A stretch of 64,000 nt of DNA from Octopus vulgaris (lineage: Eukaryota): assembly GCA_951406725.2 (NCBI GenBank), contig OX597818.1, positions 6,014,001-6,078,000 on the forward strand, given 5' to 3'. A model generated the notes under the pieces. The model was given only the letters and a program-made list of their open reading frames with translations, was not told where the DNA came from and did no database searches. Below, one piece after another: positions 1-14,992 of the stretch (its first letter is position 1; every line of letters starts with the position of its first letter). The translations under genes were made by a program, and so were the position numbers.

Positions 1-1290
1 TTGTAAATTCTGTCTTGATAGTCCCTATCCACATTGCATCCCTTTTATGCACCACATTGTTTCCTCATAATCTGCTCCAGACCACCTTGGCTTGATTTGC
101 ATCAGGAGCAGTATTATCCCCATTGTGTCCTTCTAACGTTCGGAAGAATTGCTTCGGGTTAGTTTTGAACAATCTGTTCTCCTCAAAATGCTTATTTCTG
201 TTCACAAATCTTCTGATCTTCTGGCATTTTGCCATGACCTTCTATTTCAACTGTTCTATTACTGCATCAAACCCGTTCTTCCGCATTTTATATTTCTTCT
301 CAAATTTTTCCCGGCCGGTCTTTCTTCCCCATTTTTCCAGTTTCCATTTAACCGTTGGTAATTTTTTTCTAGATCTTACCTTGCCCGCATTATGTCCCTT
401 TCAATGCGTTGTTTCCACCATGGTTCTTTTGCTCCGCCATTTTTTGTTCTCTTAAATTGTAATTTCTCCTCATCAGGTACTGCAATAGCTCGGAAAAGAT
501 GCCTTGTTTATGTCATGTCCCCCATCTGGATGTATGGTATGACAGTATTTATATTTTGTGTTACTTTATTTATCATACTACTATCTACCCTTCTCATATC
601 CATGGGAATTTTTTCTTCTAGTGCATTCACCAAGTCGGTGATTCATCTTTGAATTTCAAGCAATTCATTTTCTAGTTGGTTTAGTTTCAGAGTTCACTGT
701 ATAACGTTCCTGTTCCTTATCCTTAAGAGCCATATCACTATTCTCCTGTCTTTCCTGTCTATTCTTCTCCCTGCTTTCAACTCCTACCTTTTTGTATTCA
801 ACTCCGACCATCCTTTGTAGCCTATCCGCAGGGTCTCTCAGACTCTTACTAATCCGAGATATTTCTAATCCAGTTAAGTAACCTTTCCTCCTAAATACGC
901 TCACTTGGTTCATTAGTTTCTTTTCTGACATTGGACACATGTCCTTTTCCATCCAAAAGTTCAAGGTACATCGTCCTACTCCGAGACTTCTTTCCAAATT
1001 TGCTCTTTCATGACATTCAATAAATGCATCGTTCTCTTCCTTCGTCCACTCACGTCTGTTTTTGCGCACACCATGTATGATCTGTTGTGACATAAACGAC
1101 CGTCCGAGGCCAGATCACTGCTCCTGATGCGGGCGATTTCGGACGTGCCGGGCGAGGAACCTTCACCATGATCGGCTATAGCCTCATTCTCGCCGCTAAT
1201 TCTTTCCTTGTGTTGCATCATGATTTGATGAGTCGTTCGTGGGGTTTCCACGAGAGTTGTTATTGAGATCGCGTCTCTCTCTTCCTTTCT
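1..1290 (-). mobile_element. 5' part of a decayed R4/Dong-clade non-LTR retrotransposon; the RT would lie left of the window
   Basis: Minus-strand translation gives a Myb-like start RREWTKEENDAFIEC...EKKLMNQVSVFRRKGYL, then KEPWWKQRIERDI, IEQLK*KVMAKCQKIRRF...ENRLFKTNPKQFFRTL and VWSRLWGNNVVHKRDAMWI. These match the pre-RT motifs of R4/Dong ORFs. Stops and frameshifts are present. Confidence 0.75.
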
Positions 1291-1359
1291 TTAATTGTAT
1301 ATACACGTGCACATCTATGTACATACACATATACATTCATAACGTGCTTGCATTTTGTC

Positions 1360-1407
1360 GCCTTCATATTATTATTATTGTTGTTGTTGTTTTATTATTA
1401 TTATTTT

Positions 1408-1440
<33 letters not shown>

Positions 1441-1505
1441 CACTGCCACCACCACCGCCGCCACCACAACCCCCCACTACTACTACTACTACTACTACTA
1501 CTAGT
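1360..1505. repeat. Compound trinucleotide microsatellite (TAT/TTG/TAC/CAC)n
   Basis: Directly visible; it explains the poly-L/P/T/Y/H ORFs here. Confidence 0.95.
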
Positions 1506-1904
1506 ATTATCATCACTAAGTGAACAGCCCACGGCGTCAAAATGACGCTGGGAATAAAAATACTTGAAGCCCAGTATATCTATCCTGACTACCCGTCTCA
1601 TAAGAATAGACCAGGCACATGCATCACAACCATATGTACTCAACATAGAGAACTTATAACAAGATAAATAGAGTAGAAATATGAAGGTGAGGCCCAATCA
1701 AAATTTTCGTGAGTTCTAGTAGCCGAACCCGCTCAAAAGATCTATAAATAATGTTTGTATGAGGACGATAAATGAAATACTCATGTTTCCAGGAATGGAT
1801 TATTCAAAGGCCAAACTATCTTATCCTTGTTTTTCATTTCTCAGTACAAGATATTGTCCCGCTCCTAGATCCCAAGGAACCTGCATCCATCATCATCCGG
1901 GTCT

Positions 1905-2050
1905 ACCAGTGTTTTAGTTTCCGTCTACCATATTTACTCACAAGGCTTTGGTCAGCCCGAGGTTATAATGGTAGTTACTTACCCAAGTACAACGCATTTG
2001 GCCTGAACCAGGAAACATGTGGCTGGGAAGTAAAGTTCTTACCATACATA
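1905..2050 (-). mobile_element. Decayed tRNA-derived SINE head, same family as 38722-38877
   Basis: agtttccgtctacc...ctcacaaggctttggtc...cccaag...tgaaccaggaa aligns by eye to 38735-38875. Confidence 0.75.
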
Positions 2051-2084
2051 TATAGATGTGTCTTTCAGTCTCTCTATAACTATA

Positions 2085-2390
2085 TGTATGTCTATGTATG
2101 TATGTATGTATGTATGTATGTATGTATGTATGTATGTATGTATGTATGTACGTATGTATGTACGTATGTATGCATCTATGTATGTGTGTATGTGTGTATG
2201 TATGTATGTATATATGTATCTATCTATATATTTATTTATCTATGTAGCTAGCTAGCTAGCTAACTATATACGTACATGCATGCATATATACATACATACA
2301 TACATGCATGAATGCATGCATACATACAGATATACATACATATATACATACATTCATACATACATATATACATACATACGTACATACAAA
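2085..2390. repeat. (TATG)n followed by (CATA)n around a (CTAG)n centre
   Basis: Directly visible; the two tracts are reverse complements of each other. Confidence 0.9.
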
Positions 2391-3950
2391 CATGCATTCT
2401 TACTCCTATGTTTACAAAAATATATATCATACAACACAAAATCATAATTTTAGAACAAAAACTGATACGAAATGATTTTCATAGACATCAACAACCTTTC
2501 AGTTGGACAAATGGAAACTAAAATGTATATAATTGTTGATTTAATGCCTCTTCGATATTGGAAACAAAGAACTTTTAGTAGAAACAAAAAAGTACCGTCA
2601 TTAAATATTCATTCAATATAATTGCCAGACAAAGCGAGAGACATCTTCTAATTGCAAACCAAAACTACGATAAATGAAAGACTAGAGTGAATTATCCAAA
2701 CAGCGATTCTATCAAATCCACTTTACTGGTATTTAGCTATATTTAAATGTTCATTGCTTCTTTCTTAAACAAAATCTCGGATTATTTTACTAAAATCCAT
2801 TTATTCTTAAATTTTCTATAATGATTGCATTCCGAACATTTATTATTCGTTGATGAACCTTAGATTGCTAGTAAAACGATCATCCTACAAATGATGTGTA
2901 ACTAATGACTCAACTACAATATAAATTGAAAATCTTGATTGCAATAATTACAAAGATATAAATTTTAACCTACTTATGATACTCATCAAAATAATTCAAT
3001 TAAAATTAAACCCCGAATTGAAAAAAAAGCTAAAATCTGAAATGTGGTGCCATGTTTGTTTGCGCTTATTGAAAGTAAAACAAAGAAATAGGTACTTAAG
3101 AGAAGAAAGTAAAATACGTTAGAATTCGTTTATTTTTTCAAAAGAGATAATAAATACTACAGTACATAATACTGAAAATACAATGGACGTGCCAGATTGT
3201 CTGCGCTAATATTGTTTGCAGTGCAACTTAAAAGTCGCCACAACCTCCCACACGGAGAATATAACATGACAAAAATAACTGGAAGCATATAGCTTCTTGT
3301 ATAATCGTTGATTCTTCGAAAGACGGTAAAAGGTTTACATCAAAAATAATCAGACATACCAAAAACATCACTAAAAAGTCAAGAGTATATAAGTTTGTAT
3401 GAAGAAAATTGATACATAACTAATTTCTAAGTACAGATATAAGGGAGGAAGAGAAAAATAACAAACATTTGAAAAACAGCCAATAAAATTCGGACTAACG
3501 GGAGCAGGGACAATTTTGACGAATAGTAAACAACCAAAAGACAACACTGCAGTTATGCGCTCTTGTATCGAGCAGATCAATTCAAATGCATGAGCGTCGG
3601 TCATTCATAACACATTTTTTCAGATAGGATTTCAGTGAAAATGCTTTAAGAAAATCAGTATTGAAGACTAAAACATATTTCGATACATAAAAATGATTGG
3701 AATTTAATATGGAATTAAATCATATCACAAAGTAACAGCAGTGTGTAGGGAGATCAACGAGACTAGAATCAGAGAAATATGAAGTTCCTATGGTAATCAG
3801 GGTGTAGTGTTGGTAAAGTGATTAAGGAGAGGTAGCAAGAACGTGGGAAGAAAGTGGGGAACAAGATGAGCGTCCAAGAGAGGAGGGAATTCACTCGGCT
3901 AGGATCAAACTGAGGTAACCACGTGAGCATATAACATATATGATTCACAA

Positions 3951-4350
3951 AGGCGGCGAGCTGGCAGAAACGTTAGCACGCCGGGCGAAATGCTTAGCGG
4001 TATTTCGTCTGCCGTTACGTTCTGAGTTTAAATTACGCCGAGATCGGCTTTGCCTTTCATCCTATCGGGGTCGATTAAATAAGTACCAGTTACGCACTGG
4101 GGTCGATATAACCGACTTAATCTGTTTGTATGTCCTTGTTCGTCCCCTCTATGTTTAGCCCCTTGTGGGTAGTAATGAAATAGGTATTTATTCTGTCTTT
4201 ACGTTCTGAATTCAAATTCCACTGTGATCGAATTTGCCTTTCATTCTTTCGGGATCGATAAATTAATTACCAGTTGCGTACTGGGGTCGATCTAATAGAC
4301 TGGTTCCTCCCCCTAAAAATTCCGGGATATATGCTTAGAGTAGAAAATAA
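3951..4350 (+). mobile_element. tRNA-derived SINE with an internally duplicated body (dimer-like)
   Basis: Head ggcggcgagctggcagaaacgttagc. The body ttgcctttcatcc..cggggtcgat..aagtaccagttacgcactggggtcgat occurs twice (about 4010-4120 and 4185-4300). Related copies lie at 6445-6545, 25232-25680 and 26070-26230. Confidence 0.85.
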
Positions 4351-4619
4351 TATATATGATTCACAATTGTGTAAAACACACACACACATACACAGAGGGA
4401 AGTGAAGGAAAAAAATAGCAAGGTGCATTCGTTTGACTCTCAAGAGCATTGAAAGGCATACACACGCGCTCGCTCATACGCACATATATCTGCGCACACA
4501 TCCAACAATCATACACACTCATGCTTGCGCACACACACTTCAGCCAGGTCACTGTTATTTGTCTTGGCACAGTTACTTCCAACCATTCCGTTTCGGTCAA
4601 TTCAGTTTGTGCAACCGTT

Positions 4620-4810
4620 AACCCAGACAGATCCTCTTTGTGTTTTTGCTCTCTCCTGTTTTTCCTTTTCATTCTATTCTTCAGAAGAGCGTAGGCCAGA
4701 TACGTCAAAGATTCTTCCATTTTATGTCGGCGTTAAACTAATACACCTTGTTTCTTATTCCCTCTCCTGTCTCTATTTTTCATTTTTTGTACTCTTTTTA
4801 GTTATAATAC
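4620..4810 (+). mobile_element. Decayed PLE 3' terminus with a relic hammerhead, family of 21359-21394
   Basis: gaagagcgtaggcc..tacgtcaaagat..actaatacacc resembles the terminus at 21.3 kb (reverse complement) and 35.55 kb. Confidence 0.5.
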
Positions 4811-5967
4811 GAAAGTAATTTAAATGTAAAGAAAGGCGAGAAATGACAAACGCAATTACATACAGGTAAAGCAGTTTTAGTTCATGAGATATAAAAGATG
4901 TATGTTTACAAAAACGTGTGAACATGAAAATGAAATATTTATATAAACTCATTTCTTCAGGGACATTATAGACAGAAGCATCATTAAAATGTAATGAAAT
5001 AAGGAATAAACAATAAAAACATGACTATAGAGAATCACAAGTGATATGAAATACGGTACAGAGAAGATCCATGTCGTGTCGCTGCGAAAAAGAAACAGCT
5101 ATGCCAGTGCTTGTTTTGTAATTGTAGACACCCACAAATGTCCCTCAGATGACAAAAATAAGTAGCCTATATTTTTAAATAATCATTGAAATGATTTTCT
5201 GCTGGTGTTTTCAGTAAATATACATCAGTGTTGTAGCGACGGTATACCAAAATTTATTTCTCTTTTAGTGACATAGTAACTTACTCTTCTGCTCCAAAAC
5301 CGCTTCGCCTGTAGCCGGTTCCTTTAAAAATGGCCGTAAAATTTCCGTTCTACTTCTCGTCTTGTTTTGCCTTGGTGTGTCTGTTTGGCTGTTGATAGAT
5401 GTATAGAATGTATCATTGCTCCAAGTCATTGGGATCGACGATGTGGCTGATTTTTCCGTCCTTCTGTAAAGTAATAATTGGTGATGTTCTGTCATTGAAC
5501 CAGCTCTCTAACTTGTTTCGTGTGCTGCGGTGGAGTAATCTCTTCTATTTTCCCCTAAGTATCACTACTAGTTATGATCAGAAAATATCGTAGCTTGACT
5601 CTTTTGTCAGTTCTTTGAACTGAGTACCAGATGACCTGGCCCCCGTTTCCAAGGTTTTCACCAGCGGTGCTTGGAAAGAGCAAACACTTCAGGAAATTCT
5701 TTCTCCATTTCAAATTCTGCGGGCTTTCTTTCAATGTTATCTTTTTTTTCTGGCAAAAAAAAAAATTAAACGTATTTTGCTTAGCAACGCCAATATTATT
5801 TCCATCCCTTCCAAATAAACAAATGAGCACAACTGTGAAACAGACTTGTAGTCTGAAAGAGACACTTGCCAACTATTAGCCATTTTTGAGAGTTCAGAAC
5901 TCACTATCTGATTATACACTGCGGCTTAATGGTTTTTCCGCCATCATTGAAGTTTAATTTAAACTAA

Positions 5968-6054
<87 letters not shown>

Positions 6055-6444
6055 AATATTCATAGCATACAGTAACGAAGATGCAGCGTGATAGCTGGCC
6101 GAACAGGTACAATATATATAGTTCATATATGTTTGTATCACAATACTTGAGATAGCAAATTTTTTCTGCAGTCCCAAGTACGTTAGCACAAACATATATG
6201 ACATACATAGTATACATTTTCGCATCATAGTTCCTGATTACTATGCATACAAGCATACAAGATGCAAGTTTTGCCTCGAAAGATGAATATAATTGTATTT
6301 CCACACGTTTGCTGCTCTTTTTGATCCTTAGAATGAGTCGTGCTAGAGGCGAGCACTAAGGCTACAAAAAGAAGTAAAAGAAATTTATCCCTTAAGCAAA
6401 TTCAGTCGCTAATTCTGCCTACCGACAAATGTTCTACTGGCTTT

Positions 6445-6545
6445 AAGGTCTCAGTTCAATTTTAGTCCCCTTTGAGGATTGATAAAATAGGTACCAGTTG
6501 AGAACTCGGGTCGATGCAATTGAGTAATCCCCACCCACCAAACCA
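6445..6545 (+). mobile_element. SINE body fragment, family of 3951-4350
   Basis: gataaaataggtaccagttgagaactcgggtcgatgcaattga. Confidence 0.6.
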
Positions 6546-7927
6546 CGTCTTTTGCCTATAATAGAGTGGATTATTATAATCCAATATTTTTCTACGTATT
6601 TTGCTATAACATAAGCAAATGATTTTCCATATATATATTTTTTTTCGCGAATGTTCATTTATTGAACACACTTCTTTAAATATTTTGTGTGCTCTTTGAT
6701 ATAATTTTCTTTTTATTAATAAGAAACGACATGCTTATAGGATATTTTGGCCAGACAGAAAAAAAGTAGTTTTTCTCCAAAAAGACCATCAGTTGTAGCT
6801 GACAATCTCTTGATAAATATCCTATTTACAACTACGTTAATCACGACACTGTCATTTTCTTTTCTGCAGAAACGAGGCATTTAGATGGCAGTAAAAGTTA
6901 ATGCCTCCTATTTTGATTGAGTGACAAAACTGAGATTCTTTGATTTATAATATTTTCAATAAAACTCTGTTTAGAGCCAGAAAGGCACGTTCCAAAATAT
7001 AACTGCAATACAAGTTGGATAAATTATAATAGAATACTAAAGGCAGGATGAATATAGCGATTCATTGAAGTTCAAAATCCTCACAAACTATTACTCTGTG
7101 TTTCCTGTAGCCAATCATCAAAAATAAATGTACTTGGAACAGTATAATTGTTCATAAATGTTTATAAATAAATGGTGCACTGATAATTTGGTATATCCTC
7201 AAATAAGCATCTAAAGCTTATCAGATAAGAAGTTATGACATTTTGGAATTCATGGAACCTTTTATACTGTACAGTTGATTGTTGGTGAAAAAACAATATA
7301 AACATTAATAATGCGTAAAATGAAGTTGATTCATTCGACATTGGTACTTGGTAACAGTTATAGTATTTGCATCAAAAGAAAAACTTCAAACAAGGGTGGT
7401 TCTTGAAATCTAGATTTTAAAAAGAGACCATAAAAGCTACCAGTCATACAATTATTTTTCCATGTACGAATGAGTACTACAAATGAATAAAATTCTCATT
7501 TAGAAAGCGAGTGCAAATTTATGCAATTACTCTGCACAAAGAGCTTCTCACACATTTCCATTGACCGTACGGTGGTCGCTCGTAGTAGTTCTGGAATTCC
7601 TTGCCGAGCAAACTGCACAAATAATATATTGATAGTGATCAGATTTTATGCTGTACACCCTTCATCAAATCGACGTTGACTGAACAGGTGCACGGTGTAT
7701 CGCACGCCAGGTATAGAAATCATCATAGAAGAACGTGAGCCTAACGCTTAGGCCATGCATCTTTACGACATCTCCATTAAAAGCCTTATTTAAACATCAG
7801 GACTCTCAGCTATGACCCTAGTGCTAGAAGCCTGTCTACTAACAATCAGTACTACAACAGATATAATTAAATGACAAATATATCTTTAATGCTACTACAA
7901 CTGCTGCCACACCAAAAACAACAAAAT

Positions 7928-7980
<53 letters not shown>

Positions 7981-8479
7981 GCTGCTGCTGCTCTGCTGCT
8001 GGTACTACAACTACTACTACTATTCTGTTGCTTCAAAGACAACAATTGTGTATGTGTGTATGTATATAACTACACACACACACACACACAAATACATATA
8101 TAAAGCAATGGAGTTAGTATTACTGACTAGCATTAATTTTCATGCGAAATTAGTATGCCAATCTAATGCCACTCAATTGTGGTTGGAATGATATCTCCTC
8201 TGTCAGTAAATAGATAATGTCATTTGACACAAGTTTCTATCAATGCTGGTGCTCCCTACACACTTCGTCACTGTTTAGTGACGGTGAATTATTTCCTTTT
8301 TGATTTTGAATTGCGTCTAGTCATCTTAATTATATATATATATATATATATATAATTAAGATATCTTATGGATAAAGTATTTTCTAATTTACCTGTCAAT
8401 TACACTTACGAACCTGGTTATGGGAATGAGCTATACTAGATCCAACTAATCAAATTGTTCATAAACTCAATAACTTCTT

Positions 8480-8710
8480 CAAAAGTTAACAGATACATTA
8501 GCAATAGCTTTTCGATCAATTGACAACAGTTGATCAAAAGCAGGTTGTTCAATACCTCTTCAATTTCTGAACAAACATAAATCCACTGGAATTCCACCGA
8601 ATAACTTGACACTAAAACTGGGTGCTCCCATTATGTTGCTTAGGAATCCTAACTAATCTAAACTGTGTAATGGAACTCGCTTAATTGTTGCTTCCATGAA
8701 ACCCCATGGT
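8480..8710 (+). pseudogene. Helitron-type PIF1 helicase fragment
   Basis: 8585-8707 reads [40 protein letters not shown], the PPHxLxLKxGxPIMLLRN..LCNGTRL motif of Helitron RepHel helicases. It is preceded by frameshifted RSID..VQYP.FLN. It is absent from the ORF track. Confidence 0.85.
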
Positions 8711-8824
8711 TTGTAAAGAACGTGAGGTCTTATGCAAGAGCAAGCAAACCGCCTCAATTTGCATGATTTCCACGAACTTTCTATCTTTCAAATTATTCAC
8801 GAATGATCCAATAATCGTTTCCTT

Positions 8825-9990
8825 ATGTGTCATAAATGTTTCTTAGATACTTCAGAGGTATTTGTTATATCTGAACTTGCAAGAGGTAAATCAGCATTAG
8901 AGAAATCTAAAATAACTGGCAGGTATTACCAAATTGTCAAAAGTTTTGTTCCAGCTTCTACGAAGATACATAAGCGAGCCGACAAAAGTCAGTCGGGGCT
9001 GTTTCGCAACGTTCTCTGCCATGAATTCAGCGTGAAGCTGTAAAGTAGGCAGGTATTACAAGTGGAGAATCTTTCAAATGCATTGGCGCAGCAACTGCGT
9101 TCAGAGGTACCGGATGTCTTGTGAAAACGGTCGCTAAAAAAGTGACATAAGTTTAAAAGCCTTCTTTAAACAAAATACACATGCAAAATCGTCTGAAACG
9201 AGCAGAAGATAATACGAAGATTGACTTTTCAAAAGCTTTCCTTACGGACGAATCTCATGCTACCCTTGATGGGCCTGATGGTTGGATTAAGAAATGGGTT
9301 GTAAATGAGCAAGATCGTCATCACTGTTTAAGACGCCAACAAGGAGAGGAGCATCAAATTTGAGCAGATATTATTGAACGAATTAGCGTTGATCCTTGGA
9401 AAGTACCTAACTGTGTTAAAATGACTTCGGATGCTTAAATAATCTTTCTGATGGACTACCTTGAACCTTAGTTAATAAAGCAAAGAATCACCTTGAAGAT
9501 AATCATAATATTCATGGAAAATAATGCGCCGTCGCACTCAGCGAAGAAAAATACAGAGTATCTACAACAATTAAGCTTCTGCAGACCTCGGACGATGAGG
9601 TGGCTCGTCTGTTCTTTCAACTTAAACTCAACAGAAAATTTGTGGTGTATTCTAAAAGGACGAGTTTACAAGAATGGACACCCATTTAGGAGTAAGGATG
9701 AACTATGCCAAGCAATAGTCGATATATCCCGTGGTATAACGTCAGAGGACATCCAGAAATTAGCATGTCCCTTGGACCAGCACCTTTTACAGCTAATTTC
9801 AAACAAACGCTCTGTATGCCTTACTGACCAGCTCACTTACCATTCAGACCGCTGTTTATTTGTTTATTTCTATTTCTTTCATGTTTATGATTAACTGTTC
9901 ATTTCAGTATGTATATGAAGCAATTAAATCGGTATTTTCTGGCTTATAAACGTTTTAATTATACCTCGCTAACAATTCGTAACAGTGTAC
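8825..9990 (+). mobile_element. Decayed Tc1-like DD37E (TRT-family) transposon
   Basis: HTH-like region at 8825-9043, then FLTDESHATLDGPDGW (first D), then FMENNAPSH...NLNSTENLW with 37 residues between the mutated second D and the E. The element ends in ...aacagtgTA at 9981-9989. Confidence 0.8.
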
Positions 9991-10129
9991 ATTTGAACAT
10001 TTTGTAAATGGCCATAGTTTGTGTGTTGTTTTACAGAAATTCACGTTTGTTACACACCACGTGCATATAAATGTTGTCATCATTCTGTTGAATTCAAACA
10101 AGATATCTTTAAATAAAATAAGAAAAAGT

Positions 10130-10505
10130 GTTACGTCGTTAATAATGTGAAACGCAGTCTATATGAACATATGTCAGTTCATACATACCGGTCAGTATAT
10201 GAACTCAAAAGACGGGAAAATATTTACAAATTCAAATTTTAACTGCAAAAGCAGAAATTTAATTTATTGCATCAAATGCCCGAACTGCGAAGAGATATAT
10301 ATTGCTCAGACTGGAAAAGCATTATCGAACGTTCATGTATGCAGCGACAGCGAGTTAGTGAAACTGATGCCGATCAGATCTCTTTAAGCAACACTCAGAC
10401 AACAAATTTAAAAAATTCCCATTGTACATACTACACAAATCAAGTGAAGGTAAAAGAAAAATCAGAGAAAAGAATTTCATTGACAAATTCAAACCCGTTT
10501 TAAAT
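10130..10505 (+). mobile_element. PLE GIY-YIG endonuclease remnant, Neptune-like
   Basis: NICQFIH...NSNFNCKSRNLIYCIKCPNCEEIYIAQTG and a terminal FIDKFKPVLN in another frame. Confidence 0.75.
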
Positions 10506-11258
10506 GGACATTTATGGTAACGGTGATAATTTTAAAGATGACGATGATAGTAATAATAACAATAATAAAGATGATGTTGTTAATAAAGATGGTAAGCATG
10601 GTATCAGCGTTGACGCCCTTGAAATATAAAAAATTCTGGACTAGTAACAATAGTATTCAATCAAAACAGGAAAACAGGAATGCCGTTTACAACATTACAA
10701 AATATAGCCAAACAATTATTCCTTTAGGTGCTGTGAAAGTAAAGAGTAAATGACATGCTTACCAAACCGTGACTTCTAAGCCACATACTGATTGGTTGAA
10801 ATAGAGTTAGAACCTATTTAGCACACTCACCAAACCATGATATGTAAGCCACATAATGATTGGTCAAAACATACTTCGTAAGATTCAGGCTGCCGGATCC
10901 CATCGGAGGGTATGTAAAGGAAAAATTTAACCATTTCAATACAGTTGTCAATTTTGGAACACGATTGTCACTTAATAAATCTGATGATTGCGTAACACAT
11001 GAAGGTAATACTTTATTTCAATACTGTAAAATTTTAAAAATTGCAAATAATATAACATTAAGATCAGACTCAGTTGGAATTTCAATGATTAATATATATG
11101 TGGATGTGTGTATGTTTATGTGTGTGTTTTTTGTGTATGCATGCGTGTGTATGTGTATGTGGGTGAGTGAGTGTGTATGATAGGTAATTACATATGTATA
11201 ACAGATGCAGTAAGCGAGCATAATTGTTACCTTGGCAGACCAAATACATAGTATACGA

Positions 11259-11349
<91 letters not shown>

Positions 11350-11454
11350 CATAAAGCATACACAGACATACTCCTTTTGTAAGTTATGAAGGTGTTCAGT
11401 ACCATTTATTCGTTATACGGCAATGCGCTACTGAAGATAAGTGACCTGGTCTGT

Positions 11455-11493
<39 letters not shown>

Positions 11494-12823
11494 CATAATA
11501 CGAAGCCATTCAGTGTATATCAATTGCTTTCTGATGTAGAATACACAAATGAGCTAGGCCTACGCAAATAGATTATATGCATGTGCTACCATCACCTATT
11601 TTTACAATTCACATAAAGACACTCCTTGATATTTCACATCAAACAAAGCATTAGAATAAGATGTCTCATATGAGCATCCTCTAATATGTTTATGCATTTT
11701 CAACCGACTTATGCTAAGTTTCATACATTTTCAATTCAGTAGCAATATTAACGTGATACACCAGGTTTTCTTCTGTCAGGTGCTGGAAACAAATAACTGA
11801 TACGTTAAAAAAAACATTAGTATGCAACTAGCTGTACCCATTCATAGCACTGGTACATTGCACACAAAATAATATACTACAATATTATCTTAGTAAGTTA
11901 TCTAGAATACTGTAAATAATTTCATACGACTAGATTCTAAATAACAAAGATGCATAAATTTGATATAACATGTGCAAATGTGTTTTTAAGTTTAAATATT
12001 GCAGAGAATTTTAAAGTTTCTGTAAACTTTCTGCTAATCTCTTATAAGTGGAAATCAAAGCAGTTTAAATATTTTTATATATATAGTTCATGCAGAAAAC
12101 GTAATTAAATTATTCTATCATGTAAATGGCTTTCGGCTATGTAAATAAACAAGTTACGTGAATTTCTATATTTTCTAGGAAGGCACGACCAATAAAAACA
12201 AAAGTAGATATCAATAAAATAAAATAATTATGTTATAAGTTGCGATTTTTTTCTTCCATGTATATTCTAGGAAATGCAGTCAAAAATATAAAAGTGTCTT
12301 CTTTCTATGGTAATCTTAATGTTTAACAGAAAGATTATTAACTATCTGTTATACTTGAAATATACTATCATTTTTGCTCTTGGTAATGGCTATGACATAT
12401 TCGAAATAACTTTGCAGTATTGTTGTGATATTGATGTTTCGCAACAAATGTTGATGATATAATTATTGCCGATATTTTGTTCGTAAAATTTGTTAGCTAT
12501 TTGATGTTTGGCTTCTATAGTTTCCTAATGTAAGTGTTGTTCCTGATCTTCATTCTATTGTAACTATTTTGGATTACACTTTAGTGAATTTGCAGTTCGT
12601 TTTCCTTCCTATAAGTTATATTTCGTGCACCTTACGCACACACATGAATACATAATACATACATACATGCATGCATACATACATAGATACATATATACAT
12701 ACATACATACATATATACATGCATGCATGCATACATACATAGATACATACATACATACATTCATTCATACATACATTCATACATACATACATACATACAT
12801 ACATACATACATACATACATACA

Positions 12824-12856
<33 letters not shown>

Positions 12857-13599
12857 TAATATATCTGAGCAGGTTCAGACGGAAATATGCTTGTCACTGT
12901 ACTGCATATTATAGGAGAATAATTTCTTTTTACGCCGACAGTGTAATTGACACGCGCGGCTCATTAGCACGCAGGACTCTGACTCTATGAGACCTGTGTT
13001 TCGACATGCTTTGTCTCGTCAGACAGAAACAACCGGATGTTTGAGCCTTAACAAAGTTACCCTCTTTGTTTATGCTTTTAGAGAAGGAAACTTTTGTTGA
13101 TTGATGCTTAAACTTTCCAGGCAATAACTAATCATTATTTGTACTCTGTATTGTAAGTTCTGGAACAATGACTCGCATATATAATCATAATAAATAACTT
13201 CTGAAGCAAAATTCATTCAGGCTCCAATAAATGGGTGCTTCTTGCTGACAAGACCGGTGTCCCAGAATTTCATATGGCAATGAATTAAGTGCTTTGAACA
13301 CATTGGCGTGGTGTACAATGTGGTGTACACTACAGCAGCCAACATTTCTTAAGTTGTTTAAATGTATTAAGAATAATCATGGGAATAATCTTCCAGATCT
13401 CGCCGTACACACACACACACACCCACACACACTCACACGTGCGCGCACACACACGTACATGCACATATGCATACAGACACACAGAGCTTTAGGAAGTGAA
13501 GCTTAATTTGGTTACATTTTAAAATATATATTTTGGGGTATTATATTACAGTAGATTATACAGAAGTTATTACCAATTTTGCAGTGCACACATAATTTT

Positions 13600-13925
13600 C
13601 ATCGGTGATTGGATACCTTTGACGAATAAGGTTTCATCCTGTTAGTCAAAAGAGTTGTCAACAGTAGATATGGCGACGTCATCACTCCAATTCTTTCTCA
13701 GCCAAAGTTATTTATTTGTTGGTGAATACATAGATGATAGTTAGATGGGATCAAATCAGAAGAATTGGAAGGATGATCAACTAGTTCAAAGCTACCACCT
13801 CGCACAGCTGCAAGGAAAACCAAGGCTGTATGTCCTGCAGCATTTTCATGATGAAAGAAGACTACTTTCGTCAGTTTTCCGGTGCATTTGGTCTTGAGAG
13901 CCATTCGTAACTGCCTTGGCAAGTT
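13600..13925 (-). mobile_element. Mariner transposase C-terminal remnant
   Basis: FFHHENAAGH...FELVDHPSNSSDLIPSNYHL (compare HHDNAPAH..HPPYSPDLAPSDYHLF), followed by SDDVAISTVDNSFD*QDETLFVKGI. Confidence 0.8.
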
Positions 13926-14992
13926 GGTATATAAATGATATATAGAGCGTTCCTATTTTGGAGCAAATTTTTATCCATTGACTAGTTAACCCTCTCTACA
14001 TAATTCTGAATTCATAAACCCATTATCAATATAGTTTCAGACAATGAAGAATGTAATTTCGATAATCTAACAAAAGTAAGTCGAAAAAGTTTAAATAGGA
14101 AAGTTCTACATTTAAAAAAAATCATATTATAAGAGATCATTCGAAGAACCTATTGACTTTTGAAAATTGATGTAACAATTTATTCATTATTTACTTAATA
14201 TACCTCTGTTTAAGCAAATAAATAAAAACAGAAAGAAAGTAGTTACTAAGATATTTTCCTTCCTTTTATCACATCGGATACGTCGAGAGCAACTTACAAG
14301 AGAATATAAAACAAATACTGTGTGAGGACATCGGAAGACACGCTCTCATATGCTGCTACATAAAACTCATTCACATACACACAACACAAACACTTACAAA
14401 TACACATACAAACACATACACAACTATTGTTTGTTTACTTCTCGAAATATAAACAAATTCTATTTTTCTAAATACCAGAATACATGTATGTAAATTAATA
14501 AAAACAAAAAAACAAATAGTGATTAGAGTTTGCCCTAAAACGAATCCTAAAGTGAAATCTAAAGAAAAGAAAATCTGCACTATATTATGATAAACTCAAC
14601 ATATAAACAGATGAATTTTAGCTATGCATCTTTATTTAATGATACATTGAAAGAGGTTTAAGATCAAAAGAATAATAGAAATGATCAAAATATTCAGTTT
14701 TAAAACAAATAGAATAGTCAAGTTTAATTCTTTTTTTCATGTTCTCGGGCAAAATAATGTTGATACACACAACAAAACTTACTAAAAGCTTTCTAAACTA
14801 GTATAAATATATCAGAAGTAGAAACATGCTGGTAACGAAATTGTTTATTGATACCATCATACATATTCTCCATTAATATTTTTCCAAAATATTATTTAAT
14901 AATCAAACACCAAATCATATATGTCGTATTCATAGGATACCCATATGCAAACAAATTTCTCCCACATCTATGCACACACAAAATTATATGCA

